Shown: piece by piece, positions 25,736-39,116 of the stretch
Layout: each line of letters begins with the position of its first letter
Numbering within the stretch: the first letter of the stretch is position 1
NCBI GenBank assembly: GCA_020137815.1
Contig: CM035354.1
Location: forward strand, 3,844,001-3,908,000
Source of the DNA: Hormiphora californensis
Lineage: Eukaryota > Animalia > Ctenophora
Length of the DNA stretch: 64,000 nt
Reading direction: 5' to 3'
Notes under the pieces: generated by a model
Databases searched by the model: none
What the model was told of the DNA's origin: nothing
What the model saw: only the letters and a program-made list of their open reading frames with translations
Translations under genes and position numbers: made by a program

Positions 25736-28700
25736 ATGTTAGCAGACGGAACAGTGAACGGTAGAAACGAAGGTATTAGAAATGGACACTATGGCGTGGC
25801 ACCACCACCACACGATTATACACGGATTAGCGATGAAAATATCCATCGGATTGAATTCATAGAATCGGGTAAGTGGGGATGCTGTGTGGTAACTATAGTA
25901 ACCACTATCTAGCCTAGATTCTAGGGATTAAGTATTGTTGAACTGAGTAACCAAGTTTTATAAGTTTGAACCTTTGATACTTCCTAATTACGAACACACT
26001 CCTACGGCCCATGACATCTTATTTCAGGAGGTCAAGGTTCAGTTTACAGAGGAACATGGAACAATGGTGAAAAGGTGGTGGAGGTCGCCATCAAGATCGC
26101 AACTCATAACACCCCGGAACTGAAAGTTTTACAGAGGGTTAGACACAAGAATATTGTGCACTTCTATGGAGCGATAGAGAAAGTTGGGCATCAGCCCCAA
26201 ATTGTCATGGGTGAGTGATCATGCCAAAATTACACTCATGTGTTCAGTGTTGGTAATGAAATTACTCCTCCGCGAAAGCAATAATAGGGGTGACTTCGTA
26301 ACCAACTAGATGTGGCATAGACCTTTTTTTCGTAAAATTTCCGTAAACAAAGTAAAGATTGAGTTTTCTCCCCGTTGTGCTCACTGCAATGTAACCCGAT
26401 ATAGGTAGTAGTACGTCCCAAATATTAAATATTACACCATGGAATCCTTCCCTGGAATCCTTATCCTTATGATCATTCCATATTGTTCCACATCTAGCCC
26501 GGTGGAAGCACATAAGTACTAATTACTCCATCCTCTGTATTTCAGAGTTGGCGGAGTACGGGTCTTTGTTCAAGGTTATCAAATCTGAGGAGCTGTGTTT
26601 CGAGAAGATTCTAAAGTTTTCCCGGAATATTGCCGATGGGTTGAACTACCTACATACTGGCATGGTAGAGAAAATAATCCACAGGTAAATCTAAATTGAT
26701 TTAGCGCCAAATCTGTCCATATACATTCCACTCCAGTGTCTGTTATATGTTAGGTTAACCCCATGGTTCTAGAATTATAAAACTCCCCCCTAGATCCGAA
26801 CAGGGGATATTTAACTTAACTTCCCCATTTCTAGAGATTTGAAGAGTAAGAACGTGCTGATTACTCACCAGTGGATCGCCAAGATTTGTGATTTCGGATC
26901 CAGTAAAGTGACCGCAGTAGAGGCTACCCATTGCTCCATGACCACTCGACAGGGAACACCTAGTTGGATGGCACCTGAGGTCAGTTAAGAGATGGGAGTT
27001 TTCTTGGGTAAGAATAACAGGGCTGGCTCCAGTAGAGGGTGTGGGGGGGGGGCGGGGTCAGTTTTTAAGATGGGAGTTTTCTTGGGTAAGAATAACAGGG
27101 CTGGCTCCAGTAGGGGGTGTGGGAGGCGGGGTCAGTTAAGAGATGGGAGTTTTCTTGGGTAGAAATAACAGGGCTGGCTCCAGTAGGGGGTGTGGGGGGC
27201 GGGGTCAGTTAAGAGATGGGAGTTTTCTTGGGTAGAAATAACAGGGCTGGCTCCAGTAGAGGGTGGGGGGCGGGGTCAGTTTTTGAGGTGGGAGTTTTCT
27301 TGGGTAAGAATAACAGGGCTGGCTCCAGTAGGTTTGGGTGGGGTGCGTGGGGGTGGGGGAGTGTCATGTCTGTTTTTGAGACTGGGACTTTTCTTTGGGG
27401 AATTGGGTAGGAAGAAGAAGGTTGTGACAGTTTTGGAAGGGAGAAGAAGAGTTTATCTTGGGGGTATAATTGTAATTGCCCCCATTCCTCCGGCTAGTCT
27501 CTACTCCTACAATGTATAGGAAGAAAGTGGCAGGTAGTTGGTGTTGTCGGGCATGTTAGGGCATGCCCACTGTACTAGAGGGAGATCGAGGGAGGGTAAT
27601 TATTTACTGCCCCTCGCCACTGTCGGCTCCCTTTCTTTTCACAGTGTAGAGAGAGAGAGAGAGACAATCAGCTGTGAGCTGTGAATAGAGTTTATGTAGC
27701 TTGAATAATATGCAATGATGCAAAATATTCGACAGTTAGAGTAATGAGTAATGAGTAATGACTACTGTGAACTAGAGTGGAGGTATCATATCTTTAAAAG
27801 CTGTCTCATGAGTACCCCACCTTCACACTTGAATTGCTCACAGCATAAAAAATGTTGTCTCATATGAGACCCTCCTCTCCGCACCGGGCCTTCGGCCCGG
27901 TGCGGCTACGCGAGGCCGTGCGGTGTACAGTCAGTGTAGGACAAAAAAAATGCGACTCAACACTCCTTATATTAGGGGAGTCCCTAACTATATAATACTT
28001 CTCTATGTCTCTGACTTTCCAAATTACTACTTCACAGGTGATCCAACAAAAGAACATCACGGAGAAATGTGACACCTACTCCTTCGGATGCCTGCTGTGG
28101 GAGATGGTCACTAGAGAGATACCCTGGAGGGGTATGGAGTCCCAAGCTATTATGATGGCAGTTGCATTTCACAAAAAGCGACCACCCATTCCTGATGAGT
28201 GTCCTGGACACTTTGCTGATCTTATACGGTATAAACTTGGAGAATTTCAATCTCTGAATATAGATTAAAAAGAAGAGGTCTTTTTAAATCGAATAAGTTT
28301 GTATGAACAACTCAAAGTATAATCCACGTAATACCCGCAGGAACTGTTGGCAGCACGACCCCGAGAAGCGGAACACCATAGAGCAGATATCCTACCAGTT
28401 AAATGGCATGATAAGTAACAAAGAACTGTCCAACCAGGTCGATCACTTCTTTACAATGAGGGAACAGTGGATGAAGATCGTTGATGAGCAGATGGAGGTA
28501 ACCGTTTTAATTAGCCCAATTAACACAATTGTAATAATTTTAGTTAGCTCAATTAACTCGATTGTTAAAGAATATTTGAATCAATTCAAAAGTGTATGAC
28601 ACCTTGTTATAGGAGCTAAAACAAAAAGAATACCGATTGGGTGCTCGGGAGCAGCGAATGGACGAGATTTGGAGTGCTATCTTGTTGAGAAAGGATAATC

Positions 28701-29244
28701 CTGTAGGAGATCTTGAATTTGAAAGTTGGAAGTCAACCCAAATTGTATCTTGGCTGTTTGATGCTCTTAATTTAAAGGTAGGTTAACATTGAGGCACCAT
28801 GTTGCTAAGTTGCTGGTATGTATCTGTAATGTAGTTTCTTGTTACGGTGTCACCTCTTATCTTCTTTATGTACCTTTACAAAACAAACGGCACATGAATG
28901 AAGAAGGGGATGAAGGGGAGGGATCCTCCGATCCCCTATCAATTATTTTAAAAGAATTGACCTCAATCAATTCCTTTTTCCAGGAAGAAGAGAATTACAT
29001 TTTGGATATATTCGACCGAGAAAACATTACAGGGGAGAGGTTTCTCAATTTGACGCACGAGAACCTGATCAATCTGGGTGTAAAAGAGTTCGGACCACGC
29101 TCCGAGATACTCAAAGGGGTAAATTATTGCAGATTGCGACATGATGTGCTGCATTGTGCAGTGTTCGTGTGTTATTGTTTATCAATTTGTGTGTGAAGAC
29201 TCAGTGTACAATGTATACGCTAGCCTACTATCCTCACTTCTCTC

Positions 29245-29314
<70 letters not shown>

Positions 29315-31289
29315 TCTCTCTCCCTCTCTCTTCAGATTAAAGATCTGAAGGATCAACTCAAGGCATCCCAGGACTACCCACCACTTCCCAGCACCGTCAA
29401 GAAAAGAGAGCCTTCAGGGGCGGGGATACATTTCAGGATTAAGTTCCAGCTGGCATGCCATTACTATAGTGACGCAACTCCGGGTCCGGCGTGGAACCTC
29501 GCACTTTACCCCAACGTTAGTTGAACCTCTTCGAATCCCTCATGTTCTAATTTCCAAACTATATGACGTATATCGATAGACCCACTTACGGTCTCTAGCC
29601 AGACCTCAAACAACTAAATCTAATACTTCATCAGGGAGATAGTGTGGTGCTGAGAGCGATAACTTATGTCGAGTTCAGGATATCTCCTAATGACACAGTC
29701 AGGAAGAAACCCTACCCTGATTGCCCATTTGTTATGGACCGTTTCAGGTAGCTGCCAAAACTTATTGATCTGTGCGATTATTATGTGTGTTTTATCAGTT
29801 TGGAAATGACAACCCGATCCCAAAAATCGATGACCCATTCCCAACCCCCAATTCTAATTCTAATTCCAGGTTGGAAGCCCCAAAGGACGATGTTGAGGTG
29901 GTGGTGAAATTCAACGAGAATGTCCTGACTCCTGCTAACCGCTGCTGGAAGATCACCATACCCGTTGTCATGGAGAAGGGCGGGAGTTTTGCGGAGGAGG
30001 AAATCGAGGTGAAATAGAGCCAGGGATTAGAAATAGTTAGGTGATATAGGGAAGGTCGTAGAGGGGATATTTCGTAACCAATGCGTTTCTTTACCGCCCG
30101 CATCTTCCATTAAATGTAAACCCCCCACCCACCCCAGGTGTGTCTGAGTGAGCCGACCCCTGAAGTCCTCACCGTACATTCCTCAATCGGATCCTCTATA
30201 GCGACCTATGATGGTGCTGTCAAGGGTGCCTGGTCACAAGGACCACCACAATGTTACCAATCTCCCCATCAATCTCCCATGACGAGTCGTCGAGGTAATG
30301 AGAGGTTTCAATGTGTACCTTTTTTCTAATTGGACTTCTTGTACCCTCGGGAAAAGAAGATCTCTCTCTTTTCGATAAAACTTTTCACCTTCTTCAACTC
30401 CCTTTTCCCCCTGCTAATCACCGTTTTTCTCAGCAAGTGTGGCGAAGGTATCTCCCAACAACAACAATAAAACCAAGTTCCACAAGTCATCTTCCAGTCC
30501 ATTATTGGCCCACCAAAACAGTACCATGGGCCTGAGGAATGGACATAGGAGCTCCCTCACGGCCCCCGGTCCACCCATACCTGTTGCAAGGAGCCAATCC
30601 AGGTTAGTCATGAGGGTGAGAGAGAGAGAGGGAAGAGGGAGGGAGAGGGAAAGAAAGAGATCCAGTAACTACCACGCACCTCCTAAATCACGTGTAAACT
30701 CTCACGTGATATATGTACACTCATGTAATATGCAAGATCTTGCTAACTGATAAACTGCCCACTGCACAGTATACTGCACAGTATACTGCTAAATACTGCA
30801 GTATTTAGTTACACATACACAAGCTTGCTGCGGCTCTAAACAGCCAAACAATTCTCTTCCTATCCTGCTACGTCTGTAGGGCGTGTAGAGAGGATGCGAT
30901 AGCTCCATCTTTCCCAGTCTTGCGCTACATTCTGTTAAATCTCGACCAATATAATGGGTGAAGTAAAATAAACACTCGTTCCACATATCTAACTTAACTA
31001 ACACCTTGTATTTTCCTGTAGTGTTCGACCAGTGTTTCCTCCAGAAACGACAATTTCACCTGACCAATTCAACTCCGCTACATACCAAATACCTACCGTA
31101 ACTCCTTCATCGAATGAAGTGCCATCCTTCGCTGAAATCCTTTCAGTTCCTGCCCGGACCCCGCCTGCACAGAGAAAACAGCAAACTGATGCCAATAAGA
31201 CTCCTACTAATAGGGCAGTAGGTCGGAGCAGGTCGAACACTGTCCGGCACAGAGCGGAAACTTTTAAACCATTTCACAATAACAAGTGA
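25736..31289 (+). CDS. MAP3K20: ZAK/MLTK-like MAP3K (kinase, coiled coil, SAM domain, low-complexity tail), about 14 exons
   Basis: GGQGSVYRG, VAIK, IIHRDLKSKNVL, KICDFG, GTPSWMAPEVIQ, EKCDTYSFG..LWEM.TREIP; SAM (W..TQIVSWL..F..ENITG.RFL.LT.E.L..LGV..GPR) followed by DYPPL, like HFPPL in ZAK. Confidence 0.8.
26978..27331. repeat. ~66-75-bp tandem repeat, 5 units, starting at the kinase 5' splice site
   Basis: ggtcagtt..gatgggagttttcttgggtaagaataacagggctggctccagtag repeated, with G-rich spacers. Confidence 0.9.
27855..27937 (+). repeat. Short dispersed hairpin repeat (second, partly deleted copy inverted at 57858-57927)
   Basis: Shared ttgt.tcatat.agacc.tcc..t.cgcaccgggcc..gtgcggtgtaca..gtcagtgt; perfect 12-bp stem at 27879-27905. 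Confidence 0.65.
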
Positions 31290-31913
31290 TCACCCCGCAA
31301 CCCCACATGACACCCCCCCCCCCCCCCCCCCGCTGCCCTGGTTTGAGAAGAACTGTGTATTTTTCGGGACGCCAATCATTGGAATAATATTGGGCAGTTC
31401 CATGTGTATTATAATAGACCATTCTGATTGGGATATTAGGATATTTCTTATTGTGAGGACTGGGAGATGTTTAGTTTTTTACTTCTAGATGTTTTATTCT
31501 TTACAGAGATGTTTCGATACGGGTTTATTATCACTGTTATAATAGTTTTTTATGGCTTAACAGTTTAACAGCAAATCAAATGTCACAGTTTATCTTGTCC
31601 GAACAGCCAACTTGGAATAACTAGGTATGGGATGGCTCACTTGATGAGAAGGAAGTTTCCAGAACAATGTCGTTTCTGTAGCGCGCCGAGACGTAGTTAC
31701 TGCAGTAAGTAAGCCACGCGCAGTCAGTAAGCCACGCGCACAAAAATTGTAACGCGCAAATGCAAATCCGCGCACAAATGATTGGGGAACAGCGCGTGCG
31801 AAGCTTTTATTTGCAAACGAGATTTCAGAAAGACATCAAATTTCAATTTGACTTTTTATTTTATTTATAATATTTATTGTTTATTTGAGTGAGTGATTTT
31901 AAGATTTATTTAT

Positions 31914-32075
31914 TACTAACCCCAACACCGGGGGCAAATGATCGAACCCAATGTGAATGAGACTCATCGCGATTAACTCTTCATACGGTTACCCCCTTTC
32001 TCTCTTCGGCAGCTTCTCTTCGGCTGTTGGAATTTCCAACTTGGAAAGTGATGCCAATCGGTGTTGGGGTTAGTG
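31914..32075. mobile_element. Small MITE with 16-bp TIRs, CACTA-like termini
   Basis: (t)ACTAACCCCAACACCG ... CGGTGTTGGGGTTAGT(g); no clean TSD. Confidence 0.55.
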
Positions 32076-32077
32076 AA

Positions 32078-32871
32078 TCCATATAATAATTTCCAAAATG
32101 TTAGTCCGATAATTGTTTTCTCCCTACTCCTCCTACAGTTTTTGAGCTAGACCCCTGAAAATTTGTACACTGGTACTTTGGACCAAGGCGGGTGTAAGTA
32201 CGGGCTCAGATTTTTGATCCGATCTTTACAACAGTGACGTCACGGGGTGACGTCATTGCGACAAAAAGACTTACATTTTTCAAACGCTTCTAAGACCCTG
32301 AAAACGGCTCTAAATCAAAAAACTAACGCAATAGTGGGGAAAGAGAATCGTTTGAACTTCATTTTACCTGATAGCGATTTCCCGTAACTCAATGTTTAAG
32401 AGTCGTAAATCGCGTCGGGAAAGTTAAAAATGCCAAAAATGCGATATTTTTCACCGTAGCCACCCAAAATCTTATCCAATCGATATGAAACTTGGTCGGT
32501 ATGTGAATTTTAATGTCCTTTGGCCAGGGGTTCCCGGAAAACGGGTTGGCAAGATGAGAACTGACCGGAGTTCTTATAATTCACGAATTTGAAATTTTTC
32601 GTCGACTTTTTTTTGCGACATAAAACGCGAGGAAATTTTCAATGAATTTTAAAATTTTACACTGCGCGCGTAATTTTAGGTTCCGCGCGGCGTAAAAAAG
32701 CAGCGCTTTTTTGGGAAAATTCGCGTGTTACAGTAAATGATTTACCCGCCTCGCCATTTTTTTCAAAAACCCAATGTGTATGATAGTAGGAGCGGTTAGA
32801 TCACCACGTGGTTAAAGTCACGTGCCACCCCTTTTTGCGCATTGTCATAGGCCATAGCTCGGGTACTCTAG
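32078..32871 (+). mobile_element. Non-autonomous Helitron-like element
   Basis: A|TCCATATAATAA 5' end, CGGGTACTCTAG|T 3' end, no TSD; the subterminal hairpin is degenerate. Confidence 0.55.
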
Positions 32872-32959
32872 TTTTCAAAAAAAAAAAAAAAAATCAAATT
32901 TCAAAATTTTTTCTCTTCAGAAAAACTCGAATGTTTCTTCACTGTTAGTCACTTGTTTC

Positions 32960-33207
32960 GGCCAGCGTTAAAATCTGGGTGTTTTGGGAGTGCTGACAAA
33001 CGGTTTTTTAGGGTTAGGGCTAAAGTAGGGTTAGGGTTAGGGTTGGGGTTTGGGTTGGGGTTAGGCCTTGACATTCGCTACCAGATAAAATTTGAATCAG
33101 CCAAAACGGTTGAGTGGTTTGGCGGTTAGAGCCATTTTAGTGAATCAACTTTTTTGGCAGCGCGCACCTGTAAACAGGCCTCCAAACACCCAGATCGTAA
33201 CGGCGCC
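32960..33207. mobile_element. MULE-like MITE with internal (TTAGGG)-like repeats
   Basis: Imperfect TIRs GGCCAGCGTTAAAATCTGGGTGTTT / AAACACCCAGATCGTAACGGCGCC; 10-bp TSD CACTTGTTTC at 32950-32959 and 33208-33217. Confidence 0.75.
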
Positions 33208-33419
33208 CACTTGTTTCGACCTCTCTGTGTAGGACGTATGCTTATTTACTATCAATTATCGTTTACGAAAGTATAATGCCAGAAAATACGCCAATTTTAA
33301 CGGCTAAAATAAAAATCAGTAGCGAGGCCGCCCGATAATAAATCGGCAATATTCTGGATATTTCAGTTTGACCACCTTTTAAATATGTTACAGGTCATGT
33401 AAAAAGTAGCGAAACAGAG

Positions 33420-36400
33420 ATGATGTTGTTTATTTTGTTCATCTCGACTTTCCTAGATCCCTCGAGCGGCCTCCTCTTCGAACCTGAACCCAATGAAAAA
33501 CTCTCGGACTTTTCTCTGGAGAATGGTCAGCTATACGTGTCCTCCCCCAAACGGACGATGATCCTGGACAACTCATTTTCCGTCCTCAGCGAGCACCGTA
33601 AAAACTATTCATCTGTAGTGCTGCTCTACACGCACCAAAATGCGGTGTTAGAGTGTGGGGAGAGGATCGTTGATTCACAGGGTCCATGCTGCTACCTATT
33701 CCACCCTGACAACCTGACCACTCCAATTGCACAAAACAGCTCCTCGAGAATGTGCGATACCATCTTCAAATCGCTGTACAACTTTTATGCATCTTACAGG
33801 ATTACTACTGATAATCAGGGGAAGATTGATAAAAGGTTCACAGTTTACCATTCATTTTTCACAAATCATGGCGTGGGTGAGCCCAATGAGATGTTTTACA
33901 CGAATATCTTCAATGAAGCAGCCGACCCCGATACACGACTGCTGTTCACTAACGTCAAGTTTGATGGGCTGAGAATCCTCGGTGCCAGGCCACTCTTCAT
34001 CAGTCCCTCTCAGTATGCGTCTAGCAAGTTTCTGGTGTATTTGAAAAGTAAAAACGAAAAAATCGCCTATGCAATTGATCCAAATTATGCGAAATCAAAA
34101 GAACGGGTTCCGATTCAACTTTTATGCAATGGCCAAGAAAAAAAGTTCCTGAATGGTACAGGAGTTGATCTTACAGATGCAGATAGAACCTCGGATTCGT
34201 TCGGTACAGGATTTACCCATTTCATATTTTGTAAATACAGCAGTGATATCTACATCTGCCCCTACCCAGAAGAGGGAATTACTGCAGCCATCGATTCGGC
34301 CAATAATCAAGGAAGTAGGACTGGATCTCTTGACTCGACCAGCATCTATTCATCAGCTTTACTTGATGAGTACTCGATTATGAAAGGAATGATAGTAAAT
34401 GGAGCCCTGATGCTGTTTTATACCTCTCAGAAGACAATTCACAAGGTAAAGTACTTCATTGTGATAGCTGTAAAGTACAATTGTTTTTTGCCTAATAATA
34501 TTCTCGTAATTTGAATATATAAAATCCATTCCAGCTGTTTGTTCAAGATAAAACAATGAAGATTGACAGCTTCCAATTCACAGCTAAATCTCGCATCACG
34601 AATCTTGAATTTAGTAACGAAAACTTGGGATATGCTCTCACCGAAGACTCTGTAAGTTATGACATCTGTAGCAGGCGGTCTGCTACGTTTCACTGCCACA
34701 CACTTATTATATTACTTCTGTAGAAACAGTGGTCAAGTGACTCCAGTTTAAAAAGTGTGAGATCAAATAGCATGACAATCCAGGTTGAAAGAATTTATCA
34801 TTCTTCAGGAGCTTCAGATTATAATCCTGAACTCCCCTTTTTTGTAGGTCGAGAGTTTCCTGCTCCACAATTGTGCCAGTGTTAGTACCTGTGATGAATG
34901 CCATGGCCTCAACGACCCGCACTGTGGCTGGTGTACTCTGGAAAGCAAGTGAGTGGACAATATGACGGTCACCTCGCCACAATCATCATAGTTTGTTTAA
35001 AATTATGAATCAGTACAATAATATTTTGAGAAATCTAATCATTTTCCTCCAGGTGCTCGGACAAGTCAAATTGTACGATCCATCCTGAGTATTGGTACCA
35101 GGATTCCAATAAGTGTCTCGACATTACCTTACAGCCATCTGATCTTGATGTTATCGCTCATAGTCAGGTGAGTGATAGAAAGAAGGAGAGAGTGAGAAAT
35201 AAGGAGAGATAGTGAGAGATGGAAAGATAGAGAGATAGAGGGATGGAGACAATAATGTATCGAGACAGATAGAGAGTTGTAAGATATTGAGAGTTGAACT
35301 GCAGCCGGTAGACACGATATCAATCTACTCATGCAGCAGCTTCAGAGCACGCAGAGCATTCGGCAATGCGTTCTTATTTCGAAAAGAGAAAGAGAGAAAG
35401 ATATAGAAAAAGAGAGAGAGAGAGATTAGAGAGAGAAAACAATATAGGAAGTTAGTGTGAGTGGACTTGAAGCCTAAAGATGGAGAAAAATAGATAGAGA
35501 ATAGAGATACACGGAGAGATATTGATCAGTTTAGCCTGACAAAAGAGCTCTTTGTCTCTGTCTAGACAATAGCAAGTTTACCCTACTGCTTTCTTCCGTC
35601 TCATTCTTTTCTCTCCCATTTTCCATATATCGCCCGACACTTTTTCTAGTCGCACTCTGAATGATGTGTGTGTGTGGTTGGTGTAATTCGATATAGGGAC
35701 GAGATAGTCGATAAACAAAGTGTGGGAGTGCAAGTAAGATGAGAATCTCAGAGAGAGAAAAAGAGGGCAACCAAGTGAGAGAAGTGAGTTATGGTGGAGA
35801 GATAGAAGGAGAGAAAAATAAAAATGAGATTTCAGGGGAAAGTGAGGGGAGAGAAGGAGAGGGAGAACTTCTTGATCGAAAAAGAGATCAATTTGTCAGG
35901 ATTCAAAGAGTGTTTCAGGAAAGTCAGAGAAAGAGAGTGAGAGTGGGAGAGAGAGATAGAGTGGATGAGAGAGAGAGAGAGAGAGAGAGACAGTGAAGGA
36001 GAGAGAGAGAGAGAGTGGATAAGAGACATGGAGAGAGACAGTGAAGGAGAGAGAGAAAGTGGATGAAAGATAGAAGCACAATTTTAACAGATAACATACA
36101 CCTATCATCACACGTCACACAGCACCTTCTCTCTCTCAATATGCCCCTCTGGTAGAGCTGTACCCAAGTACTGCTGCAGTACTACACACGGCCCGATCAA
36201 ATATCAATCAGCGTTCTTTACTGCAGGTCTATACTATAAGATTCTTACTTTTTCTCCCCTCTATCTCTCTCCTGTGCTCTCTTATTTATTTCAAATCAAA
36301 TATCTCTCCCTCCCTCCCTCCCTCCCTCTATCTCTCTCAATAGCAATCTATCTCTCTCTCAATCTCAAATCTTTGAATATGGTATTACGCCGTAACCAGT

Positions 36401-38256
36401 GTTACACATAATAATATACTGGATCGCATATTCTCACACCTCTCTCGAATGTTACAAGAGAGGGCTTGTGAACCCCCCGCAATTGATGTTGACATGTATA
36501 ACTCTGATTATGACATTCACCCATGACAAGACCTCTGGGTTTCCTTCAAGTGTAGCTCACTATTCATGAGGGTTCAGAGCAAGGTTTTCCCACTTCAATA
36601 AACTGAACTATAATTTCCCTATGTAAAAAGGATAGCTCCTTCCGTTACTGATACTATTTTCCCTCAGTTGAGTTTGACGGTTAGCACGCCACTGCCCAAC
36701 CAGAGCTATAATTGTGTGTTCCAAAGCAGCTCTGGCTCCCAGACCAAGGCTGCGGTGTATCGAGACCAAAAGATCAACTGTTCCGTACCCGAGATAAACA
36801 CCAAGACAACAGGTATGTATAATAAATGCTTGGAAATGCGAGACGAACCAACGGGAGAGATTGTTGGGATCTAGTCTGACGATGGATATTGGTTTCTTCC
36901 AAATTTAATAACCCAGTCTTTTCCTCCACAGCAATGTTACCTGTGGAGCTGCAGATAAAATACGGGGATGCAGTGCTGAGTTCAATTGACCTGAGCTATC
37001 ACCAGTGTAACCTTTACAAAGCGTAAGTTGCCCCTCTTGCTGTTGGATTCGTCTTATTCTCATGGCCCTTTTTTAGAACCAGAGAGAGATACAGGGACAG
37101 AGAAAGAGACAGAGACAGAGACAGAGAGGGCTGTCAGACGGGGGATCATAAACCCATTTTTTGTGAATTTAGAAGAGTGTAATAAGACCATACTAGGAAG
37201 AATAGTGATCTCTCTATTTTTGTTCTCCCTCTCTCGATCTCCGTTTTTTCTTCATCTCTCTGCATCATATTCGGAGAGACCTGTTTTGTCTCTCCTTCCT
37301 CTTAAACCCTCTCTCTAACCTCTGAAAATCGGAATAGTAATTATTGATTTAACATGCCGGTATGGCTCTTTGCTTCAGCAAGATCTCTTTAAAACTATGC
37401 CTCATTTTCTCTCTTCCCCTCCCTCCCACCGATAAAGTCATTGAGGCTTTGAAACAAGGCCTGGTCTAGCTTATTGCATTACACTGTCTCAACTCCCACA
37501 GAATGATCCCTGGTGTCCATAAAACCTTATAGTTAAACTTTGAAAAATAGGTTATGATATTTACAGAGAGAGCGTCTGTTCGTGTCACAGGCCTTATCTC
37601 GTTTTTCTCTCCCCTCTCTTTCTCACCCTGTCTCACCATCTTTCTTATACTGAGACGTCGCATAAATATCTAATGACACTCAAACATATATCCACACAAA
37701 CAAACTTCCGATAAATTAATTCTGCAGACACCGGTTCAAAAGTCAGTTTTATGAAGGAGCACAAGTTAGTTTTATGAAGGAGTCAACATCAAGGTTGTAC
37801 CACTTTGTGTACAAGTTAGAAGATCATTTGCTAATGGTCATTTACCCAAAAGTATTTACCTACACATTACATTTCACACACACACGTAATGATCATGCAC
37901 TATTATAATCAGAATGTGTAAGTAGAAAAGTATAGCAGTTTTACCGGCCCCCCGTTTAACGGACCCGTTTCCCGGGGTCCGATTGTAGTTGCAATTCTGG
38001 CTGCAGGTTTATCTTTGGGAGCAGTTGATATCTTCTTTGATGCCGCCAGTTAATAAACCCAGCACTTGTAATAAACCGCATTCCTCCACTGCTGGATGTA
38101 TGTCCCTTTCCGTCGCTCCCCTATATCGCTTTCCGCCGTCTTCTGAGCTCACCGCCCCGCCGTTTTAGGGGGAGTGTGTGTATTTTGGATTTATGCAAAT
38201 TTGTATAACCTTCTCACCCTCCCCCCTCAACAAATATACACACACATCCTCCTTTC

Positions 38257-38308
<52 letters not shown>

Positions 38309-39065
38309 CGTGAGAAAGGTATTTCACCCGAAATTGCCCACTCCAATATACAACAAGTGTTATAAGGAGCTGCTTCTCTCACACACAATTACTATTATGT
38401 TTGAAGCAGGAAATAAAGGGGGAATATTTATTGCTCTGAAATGGGTATTGGCTAATGGTTCCATATGGGTGCCAACATTAAATAGGTCTACATTACCTTC
38501 TATTCTTCTACGTCTGGCCTCGAGTTACAGTTTACACCTTCTTTCTGTATTCTCCAAATTCATCTTCTTGCTTCCAAATTATTTCTCAAGTTAAATGCTA
38601 ATTATTTTGAATTCCAAGTAATAATTTTCACTTCTACCTCGCCCTACTTAAATTCTGCCCTACTGATAATTGACATTCCCCTAGCTGTCTGTAATTCCCG
38701 CTAAATGTGAATCTTATTCCCTTCCTCTCATTATATCTCTCCCTATCTCCCCTATCACTATCTCTCTAGTTCTCCTTCTCTCTTCATTCCTCGTCTTTCT
38801 ATCAGAATTCTGAACTTCTGATTTAGAAGCGAGAAAGTACGGTTATTTTTAAACCTACGAAGTTCCACTGTACTGTTATTGTACCATTCTGTCTATCACT
38901 CATTCAACCATTCCTCTCTCCCTCTTTCTCTCAACTATTATTCCCCCTCTCTCTCCTACTATTTTGTCCAGCTGCAGCTGTAGGGCGGGTGGGGCAGAGA
39001 GGTTTCAACTAATGGAGAGTCCATGCATATTTAGGTGGGTAACATAATAGAACATATGCGGACAA

Positions 39066-39116
<51 letters not shown>

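Noticed and set aside
25855-26045. Kinase as a pseudokinase (Gly-loop ESGGQG lacks the first Gly)
   Set aside because: VAIK, HRD and DFG are all intact, so it is likely active.
33008-33064. Interstitial telomere or chromosome fusion scar
   Set aside because: Few degenerate TTAGGG units, lying inside a TSD-bounded MITE.
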